Of a stretch of 64,000 bases of DNA, positions 48,674-58,709 are shown piece by piece. The stretch spans positions 144 to 64,143 of the forward strand of contig QIAH01000344.1 in assembly GCA_003225465.1 (NCBI GenBank), written 5' to 3'. Within the stretch, counting starts at the first letter, position 1. Every line of letters starts with the position of its first letter. The translations under genes were made by a program, and so were the position numbers. The notes under the pieces are model-generated. The model did no database searches. It was not told the DNA's origin and saw only the letters and a list, made by a program, of their open reading frames with translations. Source of the stretch: Acidobacteriota bacterium (GTDB taxonomy: Bacteria > Acidobacteriota > Terriglobia > Terriglobales > Acidobacteriaceae).

Positions 48674-48792
48674 AGGTTAATTCCGATCGGACACACAGCA
48701 GCAGTACTCCGCACTCTTCCACAAAACTGATTGCCAGCCCGGGCATCTTACGGAGGCCAATACTTGTTTGCCGGGAGTGGAAGTGCGGAGGG

Positions 48793-50826
48793 TTACAACA
48801 ACGCTCCTTGATAGCTTCGCAGCAACAATTGAAACGCAGCCTTCGATTCAACCGGAGGAGAGTAGAAGAATCCCTGTGCCATTTCGCAATTGAGGTGCTT
48901 GAGTTCCGTGATTTGCTCGTCGGTCTCCGTGCCCTCGGCGACTACCTGCAATCCGAGGCTATGAGCCAACATGATGATCAATCGCACTATCTCGCGGTTC
49001 TCATGGTCCGTGGCCATGCTGGAGACGAAAACGCGGTCGATTTTCAGGGCATCGATTGGGAAACGCGGAAGGCGGCTCAAGGATGAATATCCGGTTCCAA
49101 AGTCGTCGATGCTGAGGCGTATGCCGAGACCCTTCAGTTCGGACAATACCTTCAGAGAACGATCCGCATCGGCCATCGCGATAGTTTCCATTATTTCCAG
49201 ATTCACGTTCCTTGGAGTCATGCCCACTTGCTTCAGAATTGCGCCGATCTCATCTGCCAATTCTGGTTGAGCGAATTGCTTTGGCGCAATGTTGACGCTC
49301 AGCATCAGCGGCGGATCGCAGCCAAGTCGCGATTGCCAACACTGTAGATCCTGGCAAGCTTCGAGCAGTAGTGCTCGATTGATCGGCAGAATCAACCCGG
49401 TCTCGTTAGCTACCGGAATGAACTCTGCAGGGGACACCGCGCCTTCGGGATGCCGCCAGCGGCTCAAGGCTTCGAAGCCTGCAATTTTTCCATTACGCAG
49501 CGCGACGATAGGCTGGTAATAGACGATCAACTCTCCCCGTTCGATACCTCGACGAAGATCGGTTTCCAACTGCAGTCGACGCACGGCCGTCGCATGCATA
49601 GTGGCATCGAAAACCTCGCAACGGGCCTTGCCGGTGCGCTTGGCTCGGTACATGGCAAGTTCCGCATCCCGAAGCAGGTCTTCCGCTCCGGAATAGGAAG
49701 AGTTACAAAACGCGGCGCCGATGCTGGCCGTAATCACCACCTGATGTGCGTTTAGATCGAACGGAATGGCTAATTTCTCCTGAATCCGCTGCGCAACCCG
49801 GACAGCGTCGCTCGGCTTGAAAACATCTTCCAGGAGCACCGTGAATTCGTCGCCGCCCAACCTTGCGATGCTTCCGGTGCTCGACCGCCACTCGGAATCA
49901 TCAGTAGCTCCCGGCCGAGCTACGGTGTCCGTATACCGAAAAGAGGCCGTGAGACGCCTGGCAATCTCAATCAGTAATTCATCGCCTGCCGAGTGTCCCA
50001 AACTATCATTGACGATCTTGAACTCGTCGATGTCAACGAAGAGAATTGCAAATTTGTAATCCGAATGCCGCCGAGCACGTAGTAGCGCGTGTTGCAGCCG
50101 ATCAAGAAATAGCGCCCGATTCGGCAAGTCAGTCAGACTATCGTGGAACGCGCTGTGGGCGAGCGTCTCCTCCGCTTGTTTGCGCTCGGTGATATCCCGA
50201 TTCACGATGACGAGTTTTTCGATCTCTCCCCGATCGTTCTGGATCGGGTTCGCGGTGGATTCCAAAATGCGCCAAGTCCCATCCTTGTGCCGCATGCGAT
50301 ATTCCAGCCTTTGTCCTCGGCCAGTCCAGTGGGCCTTTTTGGCCGCCTGCAGCACACGCTCGCGATCAGAAGGGTGAATCTGATCAAAAGAGGAACTGTG
50401 ACTCAATTCTTCGACCGAATATCCGAGCACTTTTTGATAGGCAGGGCTGTTGTAAAGCCGCCTTCCGCTACTATCCACGACGGCAATCATGTCGGCAGCA
50501 TTTTCGGTGATGAGTTGAAATAGTTCGTCGCGCTCGGCAAGTTGGCGACGCACCCTTTGCAACTGAAAGTTCTGGTACAGCGTGTAGATGTCGAACAACA
50601 AGACAAGAGCCGCCAGTCCGCGAACCCATTCCCGGAGATCAGACCAGTACGCTGGGTTGTTTTCAGACTGCCCGCCGAAGAAGGTCAAAAAAACGATTCC
50701 GGCCGTTAGAAGAAGCGTGACGGTTACGGCAAATCCCCAGAGCCACCATTCACGGCTCTCGATGTGGCGGGCCCCGAGCGAAGTCTTGCTGTTTGCGGGC
50801 AAAGCATTCTGAGACAAGTGATCCAT
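48793..50826 (-). CDS. Membrane-anchored PAS-GGDEF-EAL protein (c-di-GMP cyclase/phosphodiesterase)
   Basis: Two N-terminal TM helices, a PAS domain, RLGGDEF, and EALSRW...DDFGTGYSSL...KIDRVF. Confidence 0.92.
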   Translation of the reverse strand: MDHLSQNALPANSKTSLGARHIESREWWLWGFAVTVTLLLTAGIVFLTFFGGQSENNPAYWSDLREWVRGLAALVLLFDIYTLYQNFQLQRVRRQLAERDELFQLITENAADMIAVVDSSGRRLYNSPAYQKVLGYSVEELSHSSSFDQIHPSDRERVLQAAKKAHWTGRGQRLEYRMRHKDGTWRILESTANPIQNDRGEIEKLVIVNRDITERKQAEETLAHSAFHDSLTDLPNRALFLDRLQHALLRARRHSDYKFAILFVDIDEFKIVNDSLGHSAGDELLIEIARRLTASFRYTDTVARPGATDDSEWRSSTGSIARLGGDEFTVLLEDVFKPSDAVRVAQRIQEKLAIPFDLNAHQVVITASIGAAFCNSSYSGAEDLLRDAELAMYRAKRTGKARCEVFDATMHATAVRRLQLETDLRRGIERGELIVYYQPIVALRNGKIAGFEALSRWRHPEGAVSPAEFIPVANETGLILPINRALLLEACQDLQCWQSRLGCDPPLMLSVNIAPKQFAQPELADEIGAILKQVGMTPRNVNLEIMETIAMADADRSLKVLSELKGLGIRLSIDDFGTGYSSLSRLPRFPIDALKIDRVFVSSMATDHENREIVRLIIMLAHSLGLQVVAEGTETDEQITELKHLNCEMAQGFFYSPPVESKAAFQLLLRSYQGALL

Positions 50827-51369
50827 GGGCTAATTCTTGATCTTACCCCGTAAGAAGTGCACTGAAAGTTACAAAGGATGCATGAGCTTTAGTTCGCTTG
50901 GTGATGCAAAGACGCGGAGTCTGGTTAACCACAGGGCTCGATTGCGAGGTACGCTGACGCGCTTAGCACTGCCCGGATAATCATCCCTGGTGGAGATGCG
51001 CAAAACTCACCATACCCCGAAGTACGAACCAACAATGTCTCGCTTTGTTCTCAAAACGAGTTACAGCACGTCTTGCAACTTCTGTGAATTCTCCGACTTC
51101 CGTGCGAAAAAACCTCTCAACGCCTGAATGTCGACAGCCGGACGAAATGTCGGCACGGCTTCGGTGGCATTCGCCAACCAGGTGGAGCCCATAATGGAAA
51201 AAGCTCTGCAGGGAAAGCATCAGTCTGCCCTGCTCTGGAGCGCCACACCGGCGGCCTGCGGTTTTGAGGGCTAGTTCTGTGAAGACAAGCTTCCTCGCAG
51301 TCCCGCTTGTGCTTCGACGATATACGGTTTGCCCCGCGAAACTGGAAGGGACTTAAGTGGCGCAAATAG

Positions 51370-52781
51370 TGGCACGTCGCCGAAACCAGGGCGCACGTCT
51401 CTGCTGTCACGCTGGAAAAGCGACAGACTCAGTTCCAACTGGCCGCGCACGCAGCCGTAAAAGTGCTTGTCGATCACGAGGGCTGGTATCGAGTGACGCA
51501 GCCTGAACTGGTCGCTCAGGGCCTGAATGCCTCCGTGGATCCAACTTTCCTCAGAATGTTCGCGGAAGGCACCGAACAGCCGATTCGCATCACAGGTGCG
51601 GATGAGGGGTTCGGTCCGCAAGCGGCCATCGAATTCTACGGGACTGCTATCGATACCCCTTATTCGGACAAGCGTGTTTATTGGTTGGTGGCCGGTGACC
51701 AGCCCGGCAAGCGCATTTGGCGAGAGTCGGCCGAGGGAGATGGCGATAGCGATCGCGACTCGCAGCCCCAGAGCTTTTCGGAAACAGTGGAATGGACGCC
51801 GCGCACGACTTATTTCGCAGCGTTGCTCAAAGAAAACACGGATAACTTCTTCGGCCCGCTGCTCTCCTCAAAGCCAGTGGAGCAAGTCCTGCACGTGCCC
51901 GCGATTTCCTCCGGATCTCTCGCCGACACCCGCGCGAAAATGTATGTCGCCCTGCAGGGCGTAACCGAAGGTGTGCCTCACAGTGTTTCGGTCAGCATGA
52001 ACGGCGCAAATCTCGGAGAGCTGGACTTCACGGGTCAAAATGCGGGGAACGTTACGCTTCCAATTCCCCGTGCCATCCTGCAAAATGTGAACACTGTCAC
52101 TCTCACCGCGCAGGGCGGCGCCGACGATCTCAGTCTTGTGGACCGAGTCGACCTTACCTATCCACGAACCTACACAGCACAGTCGGATTCACTGAAATTC
52201 ACTGCCGAGGCCGGGGACCAGGTTGTCATTCACGGCTTCGCTCAGTCACCCACGCGCCTGGTTGACATTACAAATCCTTCGCAGCCCCTGGAGCTTGAAC
52301 CCAGGGTTGCTGCCGAAACCGGCGGCTACTTGCTTCGAGCGGAGATTCCGCGGTCGATGCCAGGAATGCATACCCTGCTGGCACTCTCCGACCAAAGCGT
52401 TGCGAAGCCATTGCAGGTCGAGCGCAATCATCCTTCCACTTGGCACAGTGCGCGGCCGGGAAGCGAGGTTGTCATGATCTCGCATCCGCTGTTCGCCGAC
52501 GCGCTCCCACCACTCGTTCGATTACGACGGGCCCAGGGGAAATCTGTCGCACTCGTCCATATCGATCAACTGTACGACGAGTTTAATTTCGGGCAGCCGA
52601 GTCCTTATGCAATTCGCGATTTCCTGAAGACTGCCACGGAGAAGTGGCAAAAGAAGCCCAAGTATCTGCTGCTGGTCGGAGACGCTTCGGTGGATCCGCG
52701 GGACTACCTGGGCTTCGGATTCTTCGATTTCGTCCCCACGAAGCTCATCTTGACCTCGGAGCTAAAAACAGCCTCTGATGA
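51370..52781 (+). pseudogene. Peptidase C25 (gingipain-like) family gene, truncated at both ends
   Basis: EGWYRVTQPELVAQGL ... SHPLFADALPPLVRLRRAQGKSVALVHIDQLYDEFNFGQPSPYAIRDFL...KYLLLVGDASVDPRDYLG...VPTKL...TASDD. There is a stop at 51367 upstream and no signal peptide. The homology ends at ~52780. Confidence 0.7.
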
Positions 52782-52982
52782 CCCGGCTGTACTGACAAGC
52801 ACGAGAACGGAAATCAGCTTGAACAATTGCGTGAGTTTGCCAAGCAACAACACTGGAGACTCGCGTACGAATTCGTTGAGACGGTCTCTGGCTCTGGCAA
52901 AAAGACCCGCCAGCAATTTGACAAGCTGATGTTGGTTGCTAGTCAAAAGCAGTTTGACGTGGTTCTCTTCTGGTCTCTTTGA
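52782..52982 (+). mobile_element. Serine recombinase (resolvase/invertase) N-terminal fragment
   Basis: Alternative frame: CTDKHENGNQLEQLREFAKQQHWRLAYEFVETVSGSGKKTRQQFDKLMLVASQKQFDVVLFWSL, then a stop. It lacks a start and the rest of the catalytic and DNA-binding domains. Confidence 0.65.
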
Positions 52983-52990
52983 AGGTGATC

Positions 52991-53287
52991 TTAAAGGTAA
53001 TCCATGCTGTAGGCGATACCAAGAGCATCAGTCGGCAAGTAGCGATCAACGAACGAGCGCAAAGCAACTGCTGATCCTGTCACCTCGATCTGTGTGATCC
53101 TACCTTGAAGGTTGGCCGACCGCTTCGATATCTCAAGATCGCACTGTCGCAGGTAAATCCTGATTTCCCGGTAGAACTCAGGCTGTCTGAACATGTCTTT
53201 CAATCGGCGATTCTTGGACAGATCAAGCTCGATACGGACCTTGCAGAGCAGATGAGGTGAACGCGCGAGCTGAGCTGCAGTGCTCAT
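52991..53287 (-). CDS. Hypothetical 98-aa soluble protein translationally coupled to Flp
   Basis: ATG at 53287 overlaps the Flp stop (ATGA at 53284-53287). No known motif. Confidence 0.5.
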   Translation of the reverse strand: MSTAAQLARSPHLLCKVRIELDLSKNRRLKDMFRQPEFYREIRIYLRQCDLEISKRSANLQGRITQIEVTGSAVALRSFVDRYLPTDALGIAYSMDYL

Positions 53288-53460
53288 TGAATCCCACTGG
53301 CGACCTGAGAAAAGACAATACCGGCGTTCGATCCAATCATCCGTACGGTGCCGACTACAATCACGAGGACGACCGCCAGCATGATCGCGTATTCGGCAAC
53401 GTCTTGCCCATCTGTATTCCAGCAAAGTCCGATTAGAAGCGGGCTAATGGTCTTTCTCAT
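53284..53460 (-). CDS. flp: Flp/Fap family type IVb pilin (58 aa, below the ORF-track cutoff)
   Basis: My translation is MRKTISPLLIGLCWNTDGQDVAEYAIMLAVVLVIVVGTVRMIGSNAGIVFSQVASGIQ. It has the G/xxxxEY motif plus a hydrophobic helix and is intact. Confidence 0.8.
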   Translation of the reverse strand: MRKTISPLLIGLCWNTDGQDVAEYAIMLAVVLVIVVGTVRMIGSNAGIVFSQVASGIQ

Positions 53461-53579
53461 GTCCTGCTTATAATGCCGACGCTGGATGCCGAGGGAAATG
53501 GCTACAACGTGGGGGGCACAAGGGGTATGGCCGGAAAGTAGACAGGCTGAAGTTACCTCTGGGTTGTGTCGAGCAGTCT

Positions 53580-53870
53580 TTACCTCACGCTCGGGTGACC
53601 GACAAGTAACACGAGCCGCTCGGAAAGAACTGGCGGACTACATTCGATCCCGCCGAAGCGCTCAAGCAGAGTCTTAACCATGGCTGCTGCTTCCGGAGAA
53701 AAGAAGAAGACGTTGGTCTGGAGCGACTCGTCGTGCCACTCGAACAGAGCCGCATCCTTGGGGCTGCGTCTGGTGAGGAAGTTGACCTCAAAGGCCGCTT
53801 GCAGCTGATCAGCCTTGCCGTCGCGGCAGCACTCGCTTGGCGGAATATCCACTCTGTACCATGATGACAT
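53580..53870 (-). CDS. Hypothetical ~96-aa protein
   Basis: Internal ATG of ORF 53580-53930 (MSSWYRVDIPPSECCRDGKADQLQAAFEV...). No motif. Confidence 0.35.
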   Translation of the reverse strand: MSSWYRVDIPPSECCRDGKADQLQAAFEVNFLTRRSPKDAALFEWHDESLQTNVFFFSPEAAAMVKTLLERFGGIECSPPVLSERLVLLVGHPSVR

Positions 53871-54315
53871 GCTGTCTCGAATCGTATTCTGGGGGCGGTG
53901 CAGAAAACAGATGACACTTGTAAGTAACAAGAGTTACTTGGGGTTTGTCGCATGGCTGACAGAGGGGACTGGGGGGCCCTCAACTAACTAGATACAAATC
54001 AAGACGAATCGACGAGACATTCCCGCCATGTTACCAAAGATGTTTGGCTACCAAGCCCCGATTTCTAGCCGATTCACCTGAGAGATCTGTAGATTGATAG
54101 GGAAGAGGCTTTGGACCACGAGTCAGGTGACGATCGGGTCATCCGTGCTTTCACGGTAAACCGATCAAAGGACCGGCCGATTAGTGTGCGATGTCCAAGG
54201 GCGATTTGGGGTTTTCGAGCCCGAGATCGCTATGTTTACACGCTATCCACAGGCTGTTGCGGTTGGCGGGCAATGGGGTGCCGGATGAATCTGGGAACCA
54301 AGACCAAGGAGGCGA

Positions 54316-54723
54316 GTGACAAAGATTTGGGAAAGGCTGTTTCTAGGCAATCTGAAAGATGCGGAACAACTGGCGAATTCAAATCATTTTCGCATCGCAA
54401 GCGTCGTCTCCCTCTGCACAGAAGAAATTCGGACGAAGGCAGACAGGATCGAATATCTCCACATCCCGATTGCGGAGTCTCGTCTGATTCCTGCTCCAAA
54501 GTTTGAGGAAGTCATGGCGGCAATGGCGAACGGCGTTCAGCGGGGTAACCTGCTCATGCATTGTCTCGCCGGAATGAGCCGCTCGCCCATCATGATTGCG
54601 GCTTGGCTCCATCGCTGTGGCTACGCAAGTATCGACAAAGCACTCGCCGAGATTTCTGAGCTACGTGACATCGACCCCTCTCCCGTATTGCTGCGAAGTG
54701 TAAAGGAGCATCTGACCAGATGA
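54316..54723 (+). CDS. Dual-specificity (Cys-based) protein phosphatase
   Basis: GTG start follows AAGGAGG. HCLAGMSRS is the CX5R(S/T) phosphatase P-loop. The preceding LHIPIAE matches the DSP fold pattern. Confidence 0.8.
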   Translation: MTKIWERLFLGNLKDAEQLANSNHFRIASVVSLCTEEIRTKADRIEYLHIPIAESRLIPAPKFEEVMAAMANGVQRGNLLMHCLAGMSRSPIMIAAWLHRCGYASIDKALAEISELRDIDPSPVLLRSVKEHLTR

Positions 54724-54795
54724 AGAAAGCAGCGATTTATGCAAGGGTAAGGGGTCGTGACGCCGCCATCGATGAAGCCTCAAATAGCGAATGCC

Positions 54796-54811
54796 TGTGA
54801 CGCAAATCACT
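54796..54811. promoter_or_regulatory. One-mismatch CRP/FNR-type box TGTGA-CGCAAA-TCACt
   Basis: Read directly. It is intergenic, between the phosphatase gene and the IS5 fragment. Confidence 0.3.
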
Positions 54812-54845
54812 GACCTGCGCGTTTCCGTAACTTGGAGGACAATGA

Positions 54846-55118
54846 GGTGAGCATGGCAAACTGCTGCGGCTCATCGACCAGCACATCAGTTTTGAGTTTG
54901 TGCGGGAGCAACTGCGAGACAGCTACAGCGAGACCGGTCGCCCCTCGATTGATCCCGAACTCCTGCTACGCATTCTGCTAATCGGGTATCTGTACGGCAT
55001 CACCAGCGAGCGCAAGCTGGTGGAAGAGTTGCGTATGCATCTGGCATGGCGCTGGTTCACCGGGCTTGCGCTCGCAAGCTGGACCCCAGGAGCGCTTGTG
55101 GCATTGCACACCTCATGA
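54846..55118 (+). mobile_element. IS5-family transposase N-terminal fragment
   Basis: KLLRLIDQHISFEFVREQLRDSYSETGRPSIDPELLLRILLIGYLYGITSERKLVEELRMHLAWRWFTGL is the InsH-type N-terminal domain. The homology stops at ~55070 and the DDE domain is absent. Confidence 0.7.
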
Positions 55119-55532
55119 ATCTCCAGCGGTGTGCTATCGAGACCACGCGTTTCGGAGATCGAATTGCGCCAAGCTGACCAGGCAGCTCGCAAAGATTCAA
55201 GCCCAGAAACATCTCAACCCTAACGAAGCGGATCAATGCGCCCAGAATCAGTTCAGCGAGAGAGGATTCTACGATTCCGAATTCAAAGCCGGTGACGTGA
55301 AACGTTGAGCACGCTTCGAAACTGTTCATTCACGCAGGCATACGATGTTGGTACGCGCAACTGACCCAGGCAGTCCGGGTCCGCGGCAGTGGGTTCGAAC
55401 CGATAATCCGATCAGAAAATTGACTATCTCCCCCCCTTTGTAGACGGTCAGTTTAAGCGGAACAGATTTCGCCGCAAAGACAGACTGGGGGTGGCGACCC
55501 TCCACATCCGCCTGTGAAAATAAGGAGTATTT

Positions 55533-55805
55533 ATGGAAAATACTTACCAATCTCAACCCACTAAGACCCTAACGGACGACGAACAGTTCGAGCTATGCAG
55601 CTCGGTTGCATATCTAAAATTCGACGTTTTCGGGTTCATGGACTTCGAACTGGCGAAACGCTACTCTAAACAAGTGGCGGAACTCTGCCGACAGTTTGGC
55701 GCCCAGAACGTCGAAGGTGCCCTTCGAGACAAGGCTGTCGGTGTTCGTTTGCCAGCCCACATCACACGAGTACTTTGTAGCCAGCTCGAGTGGTGGTCAC
55801 GATGA
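55533..55805 (+). CDS. Hypothetical 90-aa protein
   Basis: ATG is preceded by AAGGAG at good spacing. No motif. Confidence 0.45.
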   Translation: MENTYQSQPTKTLTDDEQFELCSSVAYLKFDVFGFMDFELAKRYSKQVAELCRQFGAQNVEGALRDKAVGVRLPAHITRVLCSQLEWWSR

Positions 55806-56250
55806 TTGGATAAATCGCTACGATCCACGCCTATCCCAAGAGCCGGACCTAAACAATCCGGCTCTTGTGCTTTCTGTAAAAGCATGGCAGAACGCGCCAC
55901 CAATGGGTGCGATCTAAGACACGTCGATTACCCCGGCCATCAGCACACCAGACATAACGCTCGACTTCAATAATCTCTTTCGCCGAACAGCGATGCCAGC
56001 AAGGGAAGAGGCGATTTCGAAGCGGCTCGCTTCGCAATCACTTTGTCCTGCTCGAAGTGACTAAGGTTACCTGCGCTGTGAAAAATTCATATACATCGGA
56101 CGCAAGGTCGAGTTAACGTAGCGCACTTGGCTCCACTACGTGAAAGGCCTGCGCGAGTTCCGATTTCCTTTCATGCACGATCGCTTATGGATCGACGTGT
56201 CGCCTGAGGCAATTCAAGCCTGAACCAGACGGCATTAAAGCTGAAGGACT

Positions 56251-57594
56251 ATGCCTGCAGCGGTGCGAATCTCAGAAAAATCGAATGACGCTGTGTTCAC
56301 CCTCGGCGAGCTCTTTCCAACCGGCAGTGCGATCGATGTACTGAGTAGTGGCCACCTGACACTCTGGCGCGACGGTCACGAGCACCTCGGCGTTTCAGCA
56401 GAGCACGAGGGTCGTTCGTATGTGGCCACCCCGCTGGGGTCCGAACTGCAGAGACTCCTTCGGCTGCCGAAGGCAACGGATGATTTCGGTAACATCGAAC
56501 TTCTAGTTTCGCGCTTGACGGGAATGATTGCCAGCCACTCGCAGCTGGATGAGGACTCCTCACTCTTAGTGGCAGCATTTGTGCTGAGCAGTTGGGTGTT
56601 TGATTGCTTGCCGACTGCGCCCTGTCTTAATCTGTGTGGAAGACCCGGAACAGAATCGACATTGCTGAACATCCTAGCCAGCGTCTGCCGTCGGCCGCTC
56701 CCACTCGCACAAGCGTCCATAGCCAAGCTCTCCAAGCTTCCGGAGGGGCTATCACCTACACTGATCCTCAACCATCTGCGTCCAGCTGCCCTTATGCCTG
56801 TTTTGGCGGCAATCACGGGATCGAATGTGAGTCTACTGGCGCACCATCGCGTTGTCGATTTGCGTTACGCAACCATTGTCTGTACCCAGAACCCGATTCC
56901 TGCGACTGCTCTGAACGTTCACCTGCATCCAGAGGGATCGGCCTACCGCCGCATCACCCAGGCCACTATGGAGCAGCTCGCTGACGAGTTCCAGCCGTAC
57001 CTCTTGAGATATCGGCTTACTCGCCATCGTGAGGTAGCAAACTCGGAATTCGACGCTCCTTGGCTTCACTGGAATGTTCGAATGCTGGCACGAGCTCTAG
57101 GTGCGGCGGTTGAAGGCAGTCCTGAGACCCAAGCTCGTATCATCGAAGCACTCAGGCGCAGTGACGAAAAGTCGAAGGTGGAAAGCTCCCAGAGTCCGGC
57201 AGCTGTCGTTCTAGAGGCGTTGCTGGTGGCTTGTCACGAGAAAAGGCCCGAGATTCACGTTTTCGAGATTGCCGAACTGGCAAATGGAATCTTTCTCGGC
57301 CGACACGATGACCAAGTACTCTCTCCCAAAGCGCTGGGTGGGATCTTGCGCGCTGAGTTGGGCTTGTGTCCAGAACGGAATGCCCGGGGTTACGCATTGC
57401 GAATGAGCAGCCAGACCCGGCAACGCATCCACAAACTGGCCTCGACATACGGCACGTTATCGATGATGACACCGCATCCGGACTGCGCTCTGTGCTCCGA
57501 GCTTGCGAGCCAGACGCTCGACCCTGGCAACCACATTCGCAAACACGTACATGAAGTACATGAAGTACACAATCAAGCTGGAGCAGAGCCATGA
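56251..57594 (+). CDS. DUF3631-like protein (mobile-element / primase-associated family), degenerate P-loop
   Basis: 447-aa ORF. LVAAFVLSSWVFDCLPTAPCLNLCGRPGTESTLLNILASV and the C-terminal ...LSPKALGGILRAELGLCPERNARGYAL resemble DUF3631 architecture, from memory. The function call is weak. Confidence 0.55.
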   Translation: MPAAVRISEKSNDAVFTLGELFPTGSAIDVLSSGHLTLWRDGHEHLGVSAEHEGRSYVATPLGSELQRLLRLPKATDDFGNIELLVSRLTGMIASHSQLDEDSSLLVAAFVLSSWVFDCLPTAPCLNLCGRPGTESTLLNILASVCRRPLPLAQASIAKLSKLPEGLSPTLILNHLRPAALMPVLAAITGSNVSLLAHHRVVDLRYATIVCTQNPIPATALNVHLHPEGSAYRRITQATMEQLADEFQPYLLRYRLTRHREVANSEFDAPWLHWNVRMLARALGAAVEGSPETQARIIEALRRSDEKSKVESSQSPAAVVLEALLVACHEKRPEIHVFEIAELANGIFLGRHDDQVLSPKALGGILRAELGLCPERNARGYALRMSSQTRQRIHKLASTYGTLSMMTPHPDCALCSELASQTLDPGNHIRKHVHEVHEVHNQAGAEP

Positions 57595-58184
57595 GGGGCC
57601 CGCAAGCACCCCGCCCCGAGCAATGGGCAATCCTGCAGCGGCTGCGCTTGGCTTCTTGTCCAGTAGATCTGGAGCATCTGCCACCTGTTCGGCACCCCAT
57701 TAGGGTTGGCTGCGAAGCTTCGCCTTGTGGATTTCACTTGTTTCCGATTGCCGGCGGTGCCGCCCTCGTGTTGCCCTTGCGCATCGTCGCTCAGAGTGCC
57801 TTTACTTTGTGTCGTCTCCATCTCTGGGGCGATTGGGTTAAGAAGGAAATATCCTGGCTTACTCGTTGCGACCAGCACCGCCACTATTGTTTCCATGAAT
57901 ATCGTGAGGAATATTCGCTGTTATTCTTTTGTGAAGAGGTGCTTAACTATCGCTTCCGTCCAATTATAGAGCTGAAAGCGGGGAGTACCCTGCGAGGGTT
58001 GGCCATCGGATTTCTACCCGACCTGGCACCGTTCGAAAAGGAGGAGAAACTAGCAGCCATGATCTGCCTTGAGGACGTGCTTGGCGATCAGTATCCTTTC
58101 AACATTGTGCTTGATTACGGCTGCGAACCGCGCGAATGTAAATACACTGTCAGACCGACGCCGCTTGGTGAGGAAGTGATCTGA
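57591..58184 (+). CDS. Hypothetical 197-aa protein, translationally coupled to the upstream gene
   Basis: ATGA overlap at 57591-57594. The C-terminal half looks globular. The N-terminal half is R/P/C-rich, so the true start is uncertain. Confidence 0.5.
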   Translation: MRGPQAPRPEQWAILQRLRLASCPVDLEHLPPVRHPIRVGCEASPCGFHLFPIAGGAALVLPLRIVAQSAFTLCRLHLWGDWVKKEISWLTRCDQHRHYCFHEYREEYSLLFFCEEVLNYRFRPIIELKAGSTLRGLAIGFLPDLAPFEKEEKLAAMICLEDVLGDQYPFNIVLDYGCEPRECKYTVRPTPLGEEVI

Positions 58185-58709
58185 CTCACGTTGAGCACTC
58201 CGGCGTTCGCTGCCACCGGTACCCCCCAGTTTGCAAGCTTCTCTTTTTAGGCGAATGAAGACTACAAGGAGGAGAAGATTGGGGTCTTTGACGGCTTCCG
58301 TGTCGAATGTAAGCGTGACGCCTTTGAGTGGGATGGCGGAAACCCCTGCGTCGCTCAGCAGGTGCAGCAAACAGGCGAGTTCGTCGGAGAAAAGCTGGTT
58401 GCGTAACGCGTTGGCCAGATACGCGCCTTTGAGCTCGGTTTGAACCTCGTGGGGTACGGCGGAGAACCCGAGTTGGCGCAGGTTGCGGTAGACCAGCGGG
58501 TAAACTTGATGAGCGTAGGCGCGATCGAGAAGAAGCGACCACTCCACGGTCCCGGAAAGGAATTCGCGGGCCCGGGCTCGCTCGTCTGATGTGAGCTGCC
58601 CGCGGGAGAGCAGCAGGCAGAAGCGGTCTTCTTGGGTCAAGCTGCGAGACATGTCCTCTGGCATGATAAAGCAGAGGTAGCCGAGGGCTTGAGCAGACTC
58701 GGGTACCAT
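58050..58709 (-). pseudogene. Uncharacterised nucleotidyltransferase (NTP_transf_5-like) N-terminal fragment
   Basis: FCLLLSRGQLTSDERARAREFLSGTVEWSLLLDRAYAHQVYPLVYRNLRQLG...LLSDAGVSAIPLKGVTL matches the family's N-terminal pattern. The homology is lost after ~58290, and the ORF tail overlaps the convergent gene. Confidence 0.55.

Noticed and set aside
52086-52101. TGTGAACACTGTCACT, a one-mismatch CRP-type box
   Set aside because: It lies inside the C25-like reading frame. A single-mismatch hit in coding DNA is expected by chance more often than the exact intergenic copies, so it is not counted as regulatory.
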